From Candidatus Bipolaricaulota bacterium (GTDB taxonomy: Bacteria; Bipolaricaulota; Bipolaricaulia; M55B111), in NCBI GenBank assembly GCA_018335015.1, contig JAGXKX010000001.1:54028-118027 (forward strand): a DNA stretch of 64,000 nucleotides, given 5' to 3'. Of this stretch, positions 18,901 through 28,882 are shown in pieces. The notes below the pieces were generated by a model, which did not search any database, was not told the DNA's origin, and saw nothing but the letters and a program-made list of their open reading frames with translations. Numbering within the stretch: position 1 is the first letter of the stretch; each line of letters starts with the position of its first letter. The translations under genes and the position numbers were made by a program.

Positions 18901-20028
18901 ATGATAAAAACCCTGACAGTATGCGGCACCAGGCCGGAAGCGATAAAACTCGCCCCTTTGCTGAACGAGCTCGGGGGCAGAAAAGAGATCCAATCCGTGC
19001 TATGCTCTTCCGGTCAACACCGCGAAATGTTGACCGGAGCCCTCGAAGTATTCGACTTAACCGTGGACTACAACCTGGAACTTATGGAAGATTCCCAGAC
19101 CCTTTCGGGACTTACAGCCAGGGCGGTAACCGGAATATCTCAGACCATCGAGTCAGAAGACCCCGATCTGGTTCTCGTGCAGGGTGATACTACAACTGCG
19201 TTCGTAGGTGCTCTTACAGGGTTTTACCATCGCACCGCCGTGGGCCACGTGGAAGCCGGTCTACGCAGTGGGGACAGGGCAAATCCATTTCCAGAAGAGA
19301 TAAACCGCAGACTGGCCGATTCTCTTTCGGACCTACTATTTGCCCCGACAGAAAGGGCTAAAGCAAATCTTCTAAGAGAAGACTTTACCGAGGAGTCAAT
19401 ATCGGTCACCGGGAACACGGTTATAGATGCCCTGGTCAAAATCGAAAGTTCTATAGAGAAAGGTGAGGTACAGCCGACTTTTCCCGTCGACGTCACAGGA
19501 TTTGATGGCGACGAGAGAAAGCTACTCTTAGTTACAGCTCACCGACGGGAGAGTCTAGATGGAGGAATTACGAGGATTGCCCGGGCAATCAAGCAAATAA
19601 CCGAAAGGTTTCCCGAGCTCGAAGTCGTATTCCCGGTACACCTGAACCCTAAAGTCCAGGAGGCCGTTTACAAAATTCTCGAAGACGAAGAAAGGGTAAA
19701 CCTCGTGGAGCCGGTCGATTACCTGACTTTTGTGGGTCTAATGAGGATCGCGGACCTAATTATAACGGATTCCGGCGGAATTCAGGAGGAGGCACCATCT
19801 TTTGGAGTTCCGGTTCTAATTGCGCGAGAGAAGACCGAGCGACCGGAAGCCGTGGAGGTTGGTACGGCAAAGCTAGTAGGTACCGATACCGATAAAATTG
19901 TCTCAGAGGCGACTAGATTGCTTAGCGACGGGGATAATTATCAAAAAATGGTAAAGCAGGTTAATCCCTTTGGGAAAGGGAACGCGTCGAAAAAGATCGT
20001 CGAAAAGATCCTCGATTATCTCAATTAG
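18901..20028 (+). CDS. wecB: UDP-N-acetylglucosamine 2-epimerase (non-hydrolysing)
   Basis: The N-terminus CGTRPEAIKLAPL and the motif HVEAGLRSGDRANPFPEE match WecB. The 3' end overlaps convergent uvrC by 8 nt. Confidence 0.85.
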   Translation: MIKTLTVCGTRPEAIKLAPLLNELGGRKEIQSVLCSSGQHREMLTGALEVFDLTVDYNLELMEDSQTLSGLTARAVTGISQTIESEDPDLVLVQGDTTTAFVGALTGFYHRTAVGHVEAGLRSGDRANPFPEEINRRLADSLSDLLFAPTERAKANLLREDFTEESISVTGNTVIDALVKIESSIEKGEVQPTFPVDVTGFDGDERKLLLVTAHRRESLDGGITRIARAIKQITERFPELEVVFPVHLNPKVQEAVYKILEDEERVNLVEPVDYLTFVGLMRIADLIITDSGGIQEEAPSFGVPVLIAREKTERPEAVEVGTAKLVGTDTDKIVSEATRLLSDGDNYQKMVKQVNPFGKGNASKKIVEKILDYLN

Positions 20029-21898
20029 GGCTATTCCCCGGTTCTTCAGAGAAAAACTCTGCCACTCTTTCCGCCACTTTATCAGGAATTTCAGAAATAG
20101 ACTTTAACTCTTCCAGGGAAGCATTTCTTACCCGATTCACGGAGTTAAAAGTACTTAAAAGGGCCTTTTTCCGCTTCGGTCCCACCCCTTTAATGGAGTC
20201 CAGCGAGGACCGGACCGTTCTCTTTTGCCTCAACCTTCTATGGTAATCCACGGCAAAACGATGAGCCTCGTCCCTTATCCGCTGGAGCAACTTTAGACCT
20301 TCCGAATCACGCGAAAGTCCTACCGGCGCGGTGTTACCGGGGCGGTATACTTCTTCATACTCTTTTGCCAGGCCAATCACCGGAATGTTGTCCATGCTCA
20401 GTGATTCCAGCACCTTCGTTGACGCATTCAGCTGGCCTTTGCCTCCGTCAATCAGGATCAGATCGGGAAACTTGGAGAAACTCTCGTCGGCCTCCCCCTC
20501 ATTCTCCTCGTCACCAGCATCAAGTCCGTGCCGGAACCTCCTTCGCAGAACTTCCTGGAGCATCAGATAGTCGTCGGGGCCTTTTTCCTGTATCCTGAAT
20601 CTTCTGTACTTTCGATTCGTCGACCTTCCACCCTCGAATACGACCATGGATCCTACGGAGTCCGTACCCGATATATTTGATACGTCGTAGCCTTCGATGC
20701 GATGGGGTGGGGTGGGTAGTCCCAGAACCTCCTGGATCTCTTCAACTCCCCTATCAGTAGCACTTTTCTTTCTATCGGTACCAACCCCGAGAGCTTTACC
20801 CATTCCGTACCTGGCATTCCGGCTCGTCATATCGAGTATTTTTTTCTTCTGGCCCCGTTCTGGGACCTTTATTTCGACCTTCCCGGCCCTTGATTCTTCC
20901 AGCCACTTTTCGATGACGGAAAGATCCTCGGGCTTCTCCTCCACGTAAATTTCCGCCGGTATTACCCTTCTATTCGAATAGAACTTCTTGATAAAACCAC
21001 TCAGGATAGCAGGGGGTTCCTCCTCGGAGGGAAACTCCAGGTCGAAGCTATCCTGGCCGGTTATCCTACCTGCTCGGACGAAAAACACCTGAATCGTACC
21101 CCGTGCCCCACTATCCACTCCCGATTTCTCCTCAATTGAAAGGGCAATAAAGTCCCGATCGAGTTCATCGGATAATCGAACGTTCTGGTCCCGTGTTATC
21201 TTCTTCAATGCCTCAAGTTTATCGCGCCATTCAGCAGCTTTTTCGAAGTCCTTGTTTTCGGAAGAGATTTCCATCTTTTCTTTAAGTTGATCCGCTATTT
21301 CACCAATTTTTCCCTTGAGCAGGTCCCGAATCTTTTCAATCGATTCCATGTATGTATCCCTGTCCGCCTTTCCGGCACAGGGAGCAGGACAGAGGTCTAT
21401 GTGGTGACGCAGACAGGGACGCCGATAACCGTCCTCCGGCTTCCAGCTGCAATCCCGTACGGGGAATATTTTTTCAATAGTGTCAAGAGTTTTTCTCATC
21501 GCCCCTGAATCTATATAGGGCCCGAAAAGTTCACCCGATCCGTCTCCCCGCTTGCGCGAGACATCTAGCTGAGGGAACTTTTCGTCGGTAATCTTTATGT
21601 AGGGGTATCGCTTGTTATCTTTGAGCAGTACGTTGTACTTTGGTCTGTATTCTTTGATCAGGTTTTCTTCCAGGATCAGCGCTTCTACTTCGGAATCGGT
21701 TACAATGTAATCTACTTCGTCCGCCTCGTCCCTCAAATTTTTTGTCTTAACCGATTCAGCTTTGCCCGAATTAAAATAGCTTCTGACCCGGTCCTGGATC
21801 GAAGCGGACTTGCCCACGTATATTACCTTTCCCTCGGACCGGATGATATAAACTCCGGGCTTTTGCGGGAAATTCTTCACTTCTTCCCTCAGGTGCAT
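20021..21898 (-). CDS. uvrC: excinuclease ABC subunit C
   Basis: A GIY-YIG N-terminus (GVYIIRSEGKVIYVGKS), a UvrBC region and a C-terminal HhH are present. The start overlaps the uvrA stop by 10 nt. Confidence 0.9.
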   Translation of the reverse strand: MHLREEVKNFPQKPGVYIIRSEGKVIYVGKSASIQDRVRSYFNSGKAESVKTKNLRDEADEVDYIVTDSEVEALILEENLIKEYRPKYNVLLKDNKRYPYIKITDEKFPQLDVSRKRGDGSGELFGPYIDSGAMRKTLDTIEKIFPVRDCSWKPEDGYRRPCLRHHIDLCPAPCAGKADRDTYMESIEKIRDLLKGKIGEIADQLKEKMEISSENKDFEKAAEWRDKLEALKKITRDQNVRLSDELDRDFIALSIEEKSGVDSGARGTIQVFFVRAGRITGQDSFDLEFPSEEEPPAILSGFIKKFYSNRRVIPAEIYVEEKPEDLSVIEKWLEESRAGKVEIKVPERGQKKKILDMTSRNARYGMGKALGVGTDRKKSATDRGVEEIQEVLGLPTPPHRIEGYDVSNISGTDSVGSMVVFEGGRSTNRKYRRFRIQEKGPDDYLMLQEVLRRRFRHGLDAGDEENEGEADESFSKFPDLILIDGGKGQLNASTKVLESLSMDNIPVIGLAKEYEEVYRPGNTAPVGLSRDSEGLKLLQRIRDEAHRFAVDYHRRLRQKRTVRSSLDSIKGVGPKRKKALLSTFNSVNRVRNASLEELKSISEIPDKVAERVAEFFSEEPGNSPN

Positions 21899-24729
21899 TT
21901 GGTCAGCAATTCTTTTCTCTTTTCTGAGAAAATACCTTCGAGAACGTCCCCCGTAAACGATTTCTCGACGTTACTTATTTCTTCGGGTGTGCCTTCCGCT
22001 ATTAATTCTCCTCCGTGCTTACCGCCTTTTGGACCGAGATCAATTATCCAGTCCGCGGTTTTGATGACATGGGGGTTATGCTCGATCACTACCACCGTAT
22101 TCTCGTCGTCGACCAACCTGTGCAGAACTTCCAAAAGCTTCCGGATATCTTCAGCATGGAGACCGGTCGTTGGTTCGTCAAACAGGTAAAGCGTATGACC
22201 CTTCCTTCGGCGGGATAGCTCCCGGGCAAGTTTTATCCGCTGTGCTTCGCCACCGGAAAGCGTCGTTGACGGCTGACCGAGCTTCATATAACCAAGTCCG
22301 ATATCCATCAAAGTTTCCAGTTTATTCTTTATCTTGCCGTGGTTTGCAAAGAAGTGCAGTGCTTCTTCGACGGTCATCTCCAGTATGTCGGCGATCGTTT
22401 TACCCTTATAAGTAATCTGGAGCGTTTCTTTGTTGTACCGTTTTCCGTTACAGTCCTCGCAGGGCACTGAAACGTCGGGCAGAAAGTGCATCTCTATTTC
22501 CTTGTGTCCCCGGCCCTTGCACTCCTCGCAGCGACCTCCCTTTCGGTTGAAGGAAAATCTTCCCTTTTCGTATCCCCTCGTCCTCGCTTCAGGGGTCTCG
22601 GCAAAAAGTTCTCTGATATACCGGAATACTTTAATGTACGTAGCCGGGTTCGACCTTGGCGTCCGGCCAATCGGAGACTGGTCTATCTCTATCACCTTGT
22701 CGAGGTGTTCGACCCCGTCGACTTCGTCGTGCTCTCCCGGCTTTGCCCCACTATTGTGGAGCTCCCGTTCGAGCTGACGGAAGAGTATATCGTTTATCAA
22801 AGTAGACTTTCCCGAGCCTGAAACACCCGTCACGCAGTTGAACAGACCCAGAGGTATCCCAACGTCGATGTCCTCAAGGTTGTGTTCCCGGGCTCCACGA
22901 ATCCAGAGTTTTTTACCCGGTGAGTGTCGTCTCTTCCGGGGTATAGGAATCTCCTTCTCTCCCCGGAGATACTGCCCGGTTAACGATTCTTTGTTGGCTA
23001 CCAAACCCTCCGGCGAACCTTCGTGCATTACTTCCCCGCCGTTAACACCGGCCTTCGGGCCCAGCTCTACGACCCAGTCCGATTCCATTATGGTCTTTCT
23101 ATCGTGCTCGACAACTATTACCGTGTTATCCATGTCCCGAAGATCCTTGAGTGTATCTAGAAGCCTGTCGACGTCGTGCTGGTGTAATCCTACGGTCGGC
23201 TCGTCCAGAATATATAGAACCCCCGTTAGACCAGAACCAATCTGAGTTGCCAGTTTAATCCTGTGCGCTTCGCCGCCGGAGAGAGTACCCGCTTCCCTGT
23301 CCAGCGTAAGGTAATCCAGCCCCACGTCCAGGAGAAACCCCAGTCTTGCCTTGATCTCATCGAGGATTTCTCCGGCGATCAACCTCTCGTTTCTGCTAAG
23401 ATCTAACGAGTTGAAGAATTCGTAGGCATCGTCGATGGACAGGCCGGTCACTTCATCTATGTTTTTCCCGCTTACGGTAACTGCCAGGCTTTTCTGGTTC
23501 AACCGTCCTCCCCCGCATTCAGGGCAGGGAAGTTTTGCCATGTACTCTTCTATTCTCTTTCTGCTGCTACTCGAACTCGAGTCCCTGTACTTTTTTTCCA
23601 GTTCTTTCAGCACACCCTTGAACCTTCTCTTGTGCCTTTTGGTTTGACCTTTTCGGTTTGTATAGAGAAAACTCACCTTCTCTTCGTCCCCATAAAGGAG
23701 CAAATCAATTTTATCTCCCGTGATCTCTCCAATCGGTCGGTCTCTGGGAATATCGTGCTTCTTGCAGAACGCTGAAAGTATTGCTTTCCTCCACTTGCCA
23801 GGATTTTTACGCCAGGGGAGAATCGCCCCATCATCGATCGATAAACTCCTGTCAAGTACGAGGTCCGGGTCTACCTCCGCCTTCTTTCCCAGACCGTCAC
23901 ATTCCTCGCAGGCTCCGTAAGGACTGTTAAACGAAAACATCCGGGGAGTGAGGTCCGGAACACTTATACCGCAGTCAGAGCAAGCCTGTTTCTCGCTGAA
24001 AGTCAACTCCTCACCATTTTTCACTTTTACGATCAGATTACCTTCAGCCAGATTTAGAGCGGTTTCCACCGAATCCGCAACCCGGGAACGAACGCTGTCC
24101 TTCACGATCAATCGATCGACGACAACTTCTATATCGTGCTTTACGTATTTTTCGAGATCGAAATCTTCCTCAAGTTCCCTTATCCTTCCGTCGACCCGTA
24201 CCCTAAGGTAGCCCTGATCGCTCAATTGCTGGAACAGGTCCTGGTATTCTCCTTTTCTACCCCGGACCACCGGAGCCAGTACGTAGATCTTGGATTCTTC
24301 TTCCAGCTCCATAACTTGATCAATTATTCTCTCGGCTGTCTGTGTGGACAATTCTTTTCCACAGTTTGGACAGTGCGGTACACCGACGTGGGCGTAAAGT
24401 AGCCGGAGATAATCGTAAATCTCGGTTGCCGTTCCGACTGTGGACCTCGGGTTATGTCCAGTTGTCTTTTGATCTATGGAGATCGACGGGGAAAGTCCTT
24501 CTATGAAGTCCACGTCGGGCTTCTCCATCTGTCCCAGGAAACGCCGGGCATAAGCCGAAAGCGATTCGAGGTATCTTCTCCTGCCTTCGGCGTATATCGT
24601 GTCGAAAGCAAGTGATGACTTACCGGAACCACTTAGACCGGATATCACGATTAATTTGTCCCGGGGAATCTCCAGATCTATATCTTTTAGGTTGTGCTCG
24701 CCTGCACCTTTTATAGAGATTTTCTTCAT
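21889..24729 (-). CDS. uvrA: excinuclease ABC subunit A
   Basis: It is 946 aa with two ABC ATPase modules ([22 protein letters not shown]), zinc-finger Cys clusters and ABC signature motifs. Confidence 0.95.
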   Translation of the reverse strand: MKKISIKGAGEHNLKDIDLEIPRDKLIVISGLSGSGKSSLAFDTIYAEGRRRYLESLSAYARRFLGQMEKPDVDFIEGLSPSISIDQKTTGHNPRSTVGTATEIYDYLRLLYAHVGVPHCPNCGKELSTQTAERIIDQVMELEEESKIYVLAPVVRGRKGEYQDLFQQLSDQGYLRVRVDGRIRELEEDFDLEKYVKHDIEVVVDRLIVKDSVRSRVADSVETALNLAEGNLIVKVKNGEELTFSEKQACSDCGISVPDLTPRMFSFNSPYGACEECDGLGKKAEVDPDLVLDRSLSIDDGAILPWRKNPGKWRKAILSAFCKKHDIPRDRPIGEITGDKIDLLLYGDEEKVSFLYTNRKGQTKRHKRRFKGVLKELEKKYRDSSSSSSRKRIEEYMAKLPCPECGGGRLNQKSLAVTVSGKNIDEVTGLSIDDAYEFFNSLDLSRNERLIAGEILDEIKARLGFLLDVGLDYLTLDREAGTLSGGEAHRIKLATQIGSGLTGVLYILDEPTVGLHQHDVDRLLDTLKDLRDMDNTVIVVEHDRKTIMESDWVVELGPKAGVNGGEVMHEGSPEGLVANKESLTGQYLRGEKEIPIPRKRRHSPGKKLWIRGAREHNLEDIDVGIPLGLFNCVTGVSGSGKSTLINDILFRQLERELHNSGAKPGEHDEVDGVEHLDKVIEIDQSPIGRTPRSNPATYIKVFRYIRELFAETPEARTRGYEKGRFSFNRKGGRCEECKGRGHKEIEMHFLPDVSVPCEDCNGKRYNKETLQITYKGKTIADILEMTVEEALHFFANHGKIKNKLETLMDIGLGYMKLGQPSTTLSGGEAQRIKLARELSRRRKGHTLYLFDEPTTGLHAEDIRKLLEVLHRLVDDENTVVVIEHNPHVIKTADWIIDLGPKGGKHGGELIAEGTPEEISNVEKSFTGDVLEGIFSEKRKELLTKCT

Positions 24730-24808
24730 GGGTAACTTAATAATTATACTTCAGTAATTTGGAAGGTGAAAGCCCCGCTGATCCATGGTAGAGCAGTAGA
24801 AAGTGGAG

Positions 24809-25510
24809 TTATAGACTGACTGGAACGTCCGTCTCCCCCAGTAAAACCTTGCCCGATTCTGTCAATACCATCTTAATTCCGAAGAGCTTCACGCCCATTT
24901 CCCGAGCACACTTCAACTTGCTAACCATCTCTGGCTGAACCTCACCATTTGGCCTGAACCTATCACAATCCGGGTGGGTAACGATAAAAATCACGTAAGC
25001 GGGATGACCTTCGCTGGAGAGCTTCCCCAGCAAATCTACGTGCTCGATACCCCGTTCCGAAGGAGCATCAGGGTAGCTTGCCCAACCGTTCTCGCACGTA
25101 ACGGCGGACTTTAACTCTATATAACCCATACCTTTCTTCGTACTGAAGCCGAAGTCAAACCTTTTGCCCTGGAAAGAAACCTGTCCCTCGACCTCGACTT
25201 CCGAAGGAAACCAATCAAGGTTTCCTTCCTCCAGGACTTCACCGAACGCTTTTTCCTGAACGAAAGTATCCAGGAGCACGTACGACCCGCCGTCTACTGC
25301 GCCGATAACTCTGGCATCAGTCTTTCCGCTTTTCTTCCACTCGCAGGCAACGGTCACTCCAGGATAAATAAGATCCTCCAGCCTGCCTGTATTTCTCAGA
25401 TGCGCTCTGAATTCGTTGGCCCCACCTGAAGCAAGAATTGTCACCCTGCTGTCTCGTTGCAGCACTTTGGCGGTGAACAGATCGAATTCGGCCAGGGCTG
25501 AACTGGTCAT
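24809..25510 (-). CDS. sfsA: SfsA-family (sugar fermentation stimulation) nuclease-like protein
   Basis: SfsA motifs are present (AHLRNTGRL, SYPDAPSERGIEHVDLLGKLSSEGHPAYVIFIV). Confidence 0.7.
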   Translation of the reverse strand: MTSSALAEFDLFTAKVLQRDSRVTILASGGANEFRAHLRNTGRLEDLIYPGVTVACEWKKSGKTDARVIGAVDGGSYVLLDTFVQEKAFGEVLEEGNLDWFPSEVEVEGQVSFQGKRFDFGFSTKKGMGYIELKSAVTCENGWASYPDAPSERGIEHVDLLGKLSSEGHPAYVIFIVTHPDCDRFRPNGEVQPEMVSKLKCAREMGVKLFGIKMVLTESGKVLLGETDVPVSL

Positions 25511-25543
25511 TATCGAGTTTTTACCTCAGATAATTTAGAAGAA

Positions 25544-26251
25544 CTAGTCGCGAATTTCGAGAGAGATCCGGTTTATTTCGTCGTCTACACCTTTAAGAGC
25601 CCGCAACATTCCTTTTAGCCCACCCTCGACGAACTGCGCGGGGAAGTACTCCAGCGGAACGTCCTCTCCGTTAACCTTCAGATCCACCATCCGCTGCTCT
25701 CTAACGACACAATCCGAGAGCTCCCTCTCATCCTCGTATATCGCCTTTGCGAGTTCCTGGCAGCTATCGTAGCCACACCTCCCACAGTCCAGTCCCGGGA
25801 GATCGTCTAAGAGATGGTTCACGGAGATCAGGTCATTTATTTTTTTCTTTAGCGCGAAGAAATCACCGTCGTACTCGTGAAGGGTGTTGTCCCGAGGGTC
25901 GATCTCCCCTACGGCAACTTTCGGTGCGTCCCCGTCCTTATAACCCTCAGCTATGACTAGGTCAAATCCGCCCAACCTTTCCAGCATATCCTCGACCTCC
26001 TCCAATTTCATCTCCCGGGGTACGAGAAATGAGGTCTCCACTTCCGTTGCAAGAACAGTCATCCGGGAGCCGGCCTCCTTGTGTCTCCACGTGTCCTTAC
26101 CTTCCTGGTCCAGGCTAAGCGGGCTCGGACTATGCTTAATCGTGCAGACTTCAAGACCCTCCCCAACGAACTCTTCAACGAGTTCAACGACCAATTCGGT
26201 CTTTCCGGAATTTGAGTTTCCATATATCGATACTATTGGCTGCGTGGCCAT
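25544..26251 (-). CDS. MobB-like P-loop protein with C-terminal Cys-rich extension
   Basis: A Walker A (GNSNSGKT) and a MobB-like core (VIAEGYKDGDAPKV) are present. The C-terminal extension reads CGRCGYDSC...C. Confidence 0.55.
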   Translation of the reverse strand: MATQPIVSIYGNSNSGKTELVVELVEEFVGEGLEVCTIKHSPSPLSLDQEGKDTWRHKEAGSRMTVLATEVETSFLVPREMKLEEVEDMLERLGGFDLVIAEGYKDGDAPKVAVGEIDPRDNTLHEYDGDFFALKKKINDLISVNHLLDDLPGLDCGRCGYDSCQELAKAIYEDERELSDCVVREQRMVDLKVNGEDVPLEYFPAQFVEGGLKGMLRALKGVDDEINRISLEIRD

Positions 26252-26477
26252 TTTATTTCCCCCTTCATCAATTCAGTATTAAAGCCGGTAAATTTTAAGC
26301 CAGGGTCATCTAAAAACAATAGAGACTTGGACGGGATGAACAAGCTGTTTTAATCTCTACGGTTAATCAATCCTAGAAATGGGATATTTGCAGTTGAAAA
26401 AAACCCCTTCTACGTTCATCATATTTTTTGGAACCAACTTCGGGACTCCGAAAATTAGTCCAATCGAGGTGATTATC

Positions 26478-27536
26478 TTGAAAGGAGTCTTCCTCTGTGC
26501 CGGTAAAGGTACGAGAATGCGTCCTATAAGCTACTCGACCCCAAAACATCTCATTCCGCTGGCGAACAAGCCAATCCTGCAGTATAACGTTGAAAAAGTC
26601 ATCGATGCCGGGATAACGGAAGTCGGACTCGTAGTTTCTCCCGATATGGAATCCCTTTATCGAGAAACGCTTGGGACCTCAAAGTGGGGTGCATCGATAA
26701 CTTACATCCACCAGGAGGATCCAAAAGGGCTCGCCCACGCTGTTGCCTGTGCCCGGGATTTCGTCGGAGATGATTCATTTCTTGTCTATCTCGGAGACAA
26801 CCTATTACACTCCGGCCTTACGGGGATGGTCAGTAATTTCGAGGAAGAAGAGCCAGCTGCTTCCATTCTGCTCGCCTCGGTCGATGATCCTGAAAGATTC
26901 GGAGTTGCCGAAATCGAGGATGGAAAAGTCGTGGACCTGGTTGAGAAACCGGACAGTCCTCCCAGCGATCTGGCGATCGTGGGGGCCTATCTTTTTAACC
27001 AGGAGATATTCCCGGCAATTGAGCAGATAGAACCTTCCGACCGGGGAGAATTGGAGATAACGGACGCGATCGCCCACCTGATAACCGAGGGAAGGAACGT
27101 GACTCCGTCCGAGCTCGGGGGCTGGTGGCTTGACGTAGGTCGACCCTCGGACGCACTGGAGGCCAACCGGGTTCTACTCGGAGAGGTAGATGGCTCCATC
27201 AAAGGAGAAATTCGGGATTCGCAGCTAAAGAACCGCCCGGAAATTGTCACAGCAGAAAGTAGCCGTATCGAAAATAGCGAGATAAAAGGACCGGTTCACG
27301 TTGCAGAGGGAGCTCGCATCGTCGATTCCACCCTCGGACCTCACGTTTCGGTCGGAGAGGACGTGGAAGTAAGCGATGCCGAGGTAGAGAACTCGATCAT
27401 CATGGTCGAAGCCAGGATAGAGGAAATCGAATTGACCGGATCTCTGATCGGAGCGAAGGCCGAAATAAAGTTACCCGGCAACCAAATAAAGACCATCGTC
27501 GGCAATCAAGCTAAAATTGTAGACGAACTGGCCTAA
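26478..27536 (+). CDS. sugar-1-phosphate nucleotidyltransferase with C-terminal left-handed beta-helix (glucose-1-phosphate thymidylyltransferase / GlmU-like)
   Basis: A TTG start was chosen at Leu34 of the track ORF 26379..27536. The motifs LCAGKGTRMRPISYSTPKHL and LGDN are present, and the C-terminus has hexapeptide repeats. Confidence 0.65.
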   Translation: MKGVFLCAGKGTRMRPISYSTPKHLIPLANKPILQYNVEKVIDAGITEVGLVVSPDMESLYRETLGTSKWGASITYIHQEDPKGLAHAVACARDFVGDDSFLVYLGDNLLHSGLTGMVSNFEEEEPAASILLASVDDPERFGVAEIEDGKVVDLVEKPDSPPSDLAIVGAYLFNQEIFPAIEQIEPSDRGELEITDAIAHLITEGRNVTPSELGGWWLDVGRPSDALEANRVLLGEVDGSIKGEIRDSQLKNRPEIVTAESSRIENSEIKGPVHVAEGARIVDSTLGPHVSVGEDVEVSDAEVENSIIMVEARIEEIELTGSLIGAKAEIKLPGNQIKTIVGNQAKIVDELA

Positions 27537-28420
27537 TGCCAGCCCCATTTAGAAAGCCACTTTGTTTTGAATTTCGCTATGGGATATTTTCCAAAGCTAG
27601 CAGCCCGTGTTCCCCGGTAAGTACGATTCGACCTTCGGGCTTCCCGGGCCGAGAAATTTCCGACTCGCGTGCTCAAACTATCCTGTTCATGGAAGTGAGT
27701 CCTACTTATGGGAGTACCACCCTTAAACAGTTCGACTCAGGTGGTTATGGAAATATCCCTCCCCAGCACTATCTGAGTATACCCACTCTGGTTTGTACTC
27801 GGAAGATGGGTGTTAATGGCAACCAAAACTGTATTAAATCACCGGCACAAATCCAGTTATCATAACTCAGATAAGTGCTGGTTCGGTCAGACATATGCGC
27901 CGCGTCGCTGGAATTTTCTCGGACCGGAACCCTCCACGAAATAAAGTCGAAAAGGTTAGTGGTTATGAAATGATATATTGGTTGTAATACATAGAGTTCT
28001 CTGGTGATTGTTCAGGAAAATCCTATCGGAGGCCGAGCGGGCACGGTTCCATGCTTTCGGAGAAAGCATGGGGAGCGAGGCCGAGATCGGAAGCAGTGAA
28101 TTCCACGCAGGGGAATTCACCTACGGTTTTATCGAACAATTACCAGAGAACAACGTGAGATACTTTCTATATAAAGAATACAAAGCAGGGCGATCTTCCA
28201 TCCTCGGCCGATTTGGCTAGCGAAACCAGGCAAATTATTTGCCGAGGAAGTCTTGGGCCTTCCATAATAAGCTCCTGCCGGGCAGGGGGCTAGTCAATTA
28301 CCCCCCCTTCCGGGCAAGCATGTAGAAAAACCCTTTATAACTAACAGCTAAGTACTTAAAAAAAGCGAGACCCAGCAGTCAACAAGGCCGGAAACGCTGA
28401 TCAGGGAAGTATAAGGCGGG

Positions 28421-28496
28421 TGGTGGAGCCGACGGGATTCGAACCCGTGACCTCGTGGATGCCGACCACGCGCTCTCCCGACTGAGCTACGGCCCC
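28421..28496 (-). tRNA. tRNA-Ala (anticodon GGC)
   Basis: The minus-strand 76-nt cloverleaf has acceptor GGGGCCG/CGGCTCC with G3:U70, anticodon loop TCGGCAT (position 33 is C, which is unusual), T-loop TTCGAAT and an encoded CCA. Confidence 0.8.
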
Positions 28497-28508
28497 GTTA
28501 GTGAGTTA

Positions 28509-28537
28509 ATGATAGGTTAGAGTTATAAAGCATGCAA
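28509..28537 (-). promoter_or_regulatory. sigma70-like promoter of tRNA-Ala(GGC): -35 TTGCAT, 17-nt spacer, -10 TATCAT (minus strand)
   Basis: The plus-strand complements are ATGCAA at 28532-28537 and ATGATA at 28509-28514. The tRNA 5' end lies 12 nt downstream of the -10 box. Confidence 0.45.
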
Positions 28538-28882
28538 GGATGTCTGAGTGCTCTCTTCACTGAAAATCAGTTGACTAAACCCTCCAATTGTCCTATACTG
28601 ATTAAAAATCAAGAATAAGGTGATAACTATGAATTTTGGTGATCGGGTTTGGCTCGGTTAAAAACAACCACCCTCTAAACTTTTCCAGTCCTTCCTTGTC
28701 CGGTACTTCAGCTGGACATTTTCTTCCAATGCTGTCTGTTTACTTAAAACTACCGTCTTTCTTTCCAGAACAGCTGGAACCTGCCTGGCAACTTTAGTAA
28801 TTCTCACTCAGTAACCAGTACTCTCATTTAGCCTTTATCAATTACTTTAAATTTATTAACTCAACCTTATAGGAGGTTTATC

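Noticed and set aside
26379-26477. N-terminal 33-aa extension of the nucleotidyltransferase ORF (MGYLQLKK...)
   Set aside because: The nucleotidyltransferase family begins at the (M/L)KGVxLxAGxGTR motif, so the extension is non-conserved upstream read-through of the open frame. A TTG or GTG start near 26470-26478 fits.
27990-28200. Possible SRP/4.5S RNA because of GGAAGCAG
   Set aside because: The GNRA tetraloop, GGA and AGCAGCC arrangement of SRP helix 8 is not present, and there is no 5'/3' pairing context.
27536-28220. ORFs 27536..27865 (109 aa) and 28008..28220 (70 aa)
   Set aside because: They have no family resemblance and no RBS, and they lie in hairpin-rich non-coding DNA. They are kept only as part of the unexplained-region finding.
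28421-28496. tmRNA tRNA-like domain (G:U acceptor, Ala identity)
   Set aside because: The sequence folds into a complete cloverleaf with D and anticodon arms, so it is an ordinary tRNA-Ala. No tmRNA 5' half or tag ORF lies nearby.
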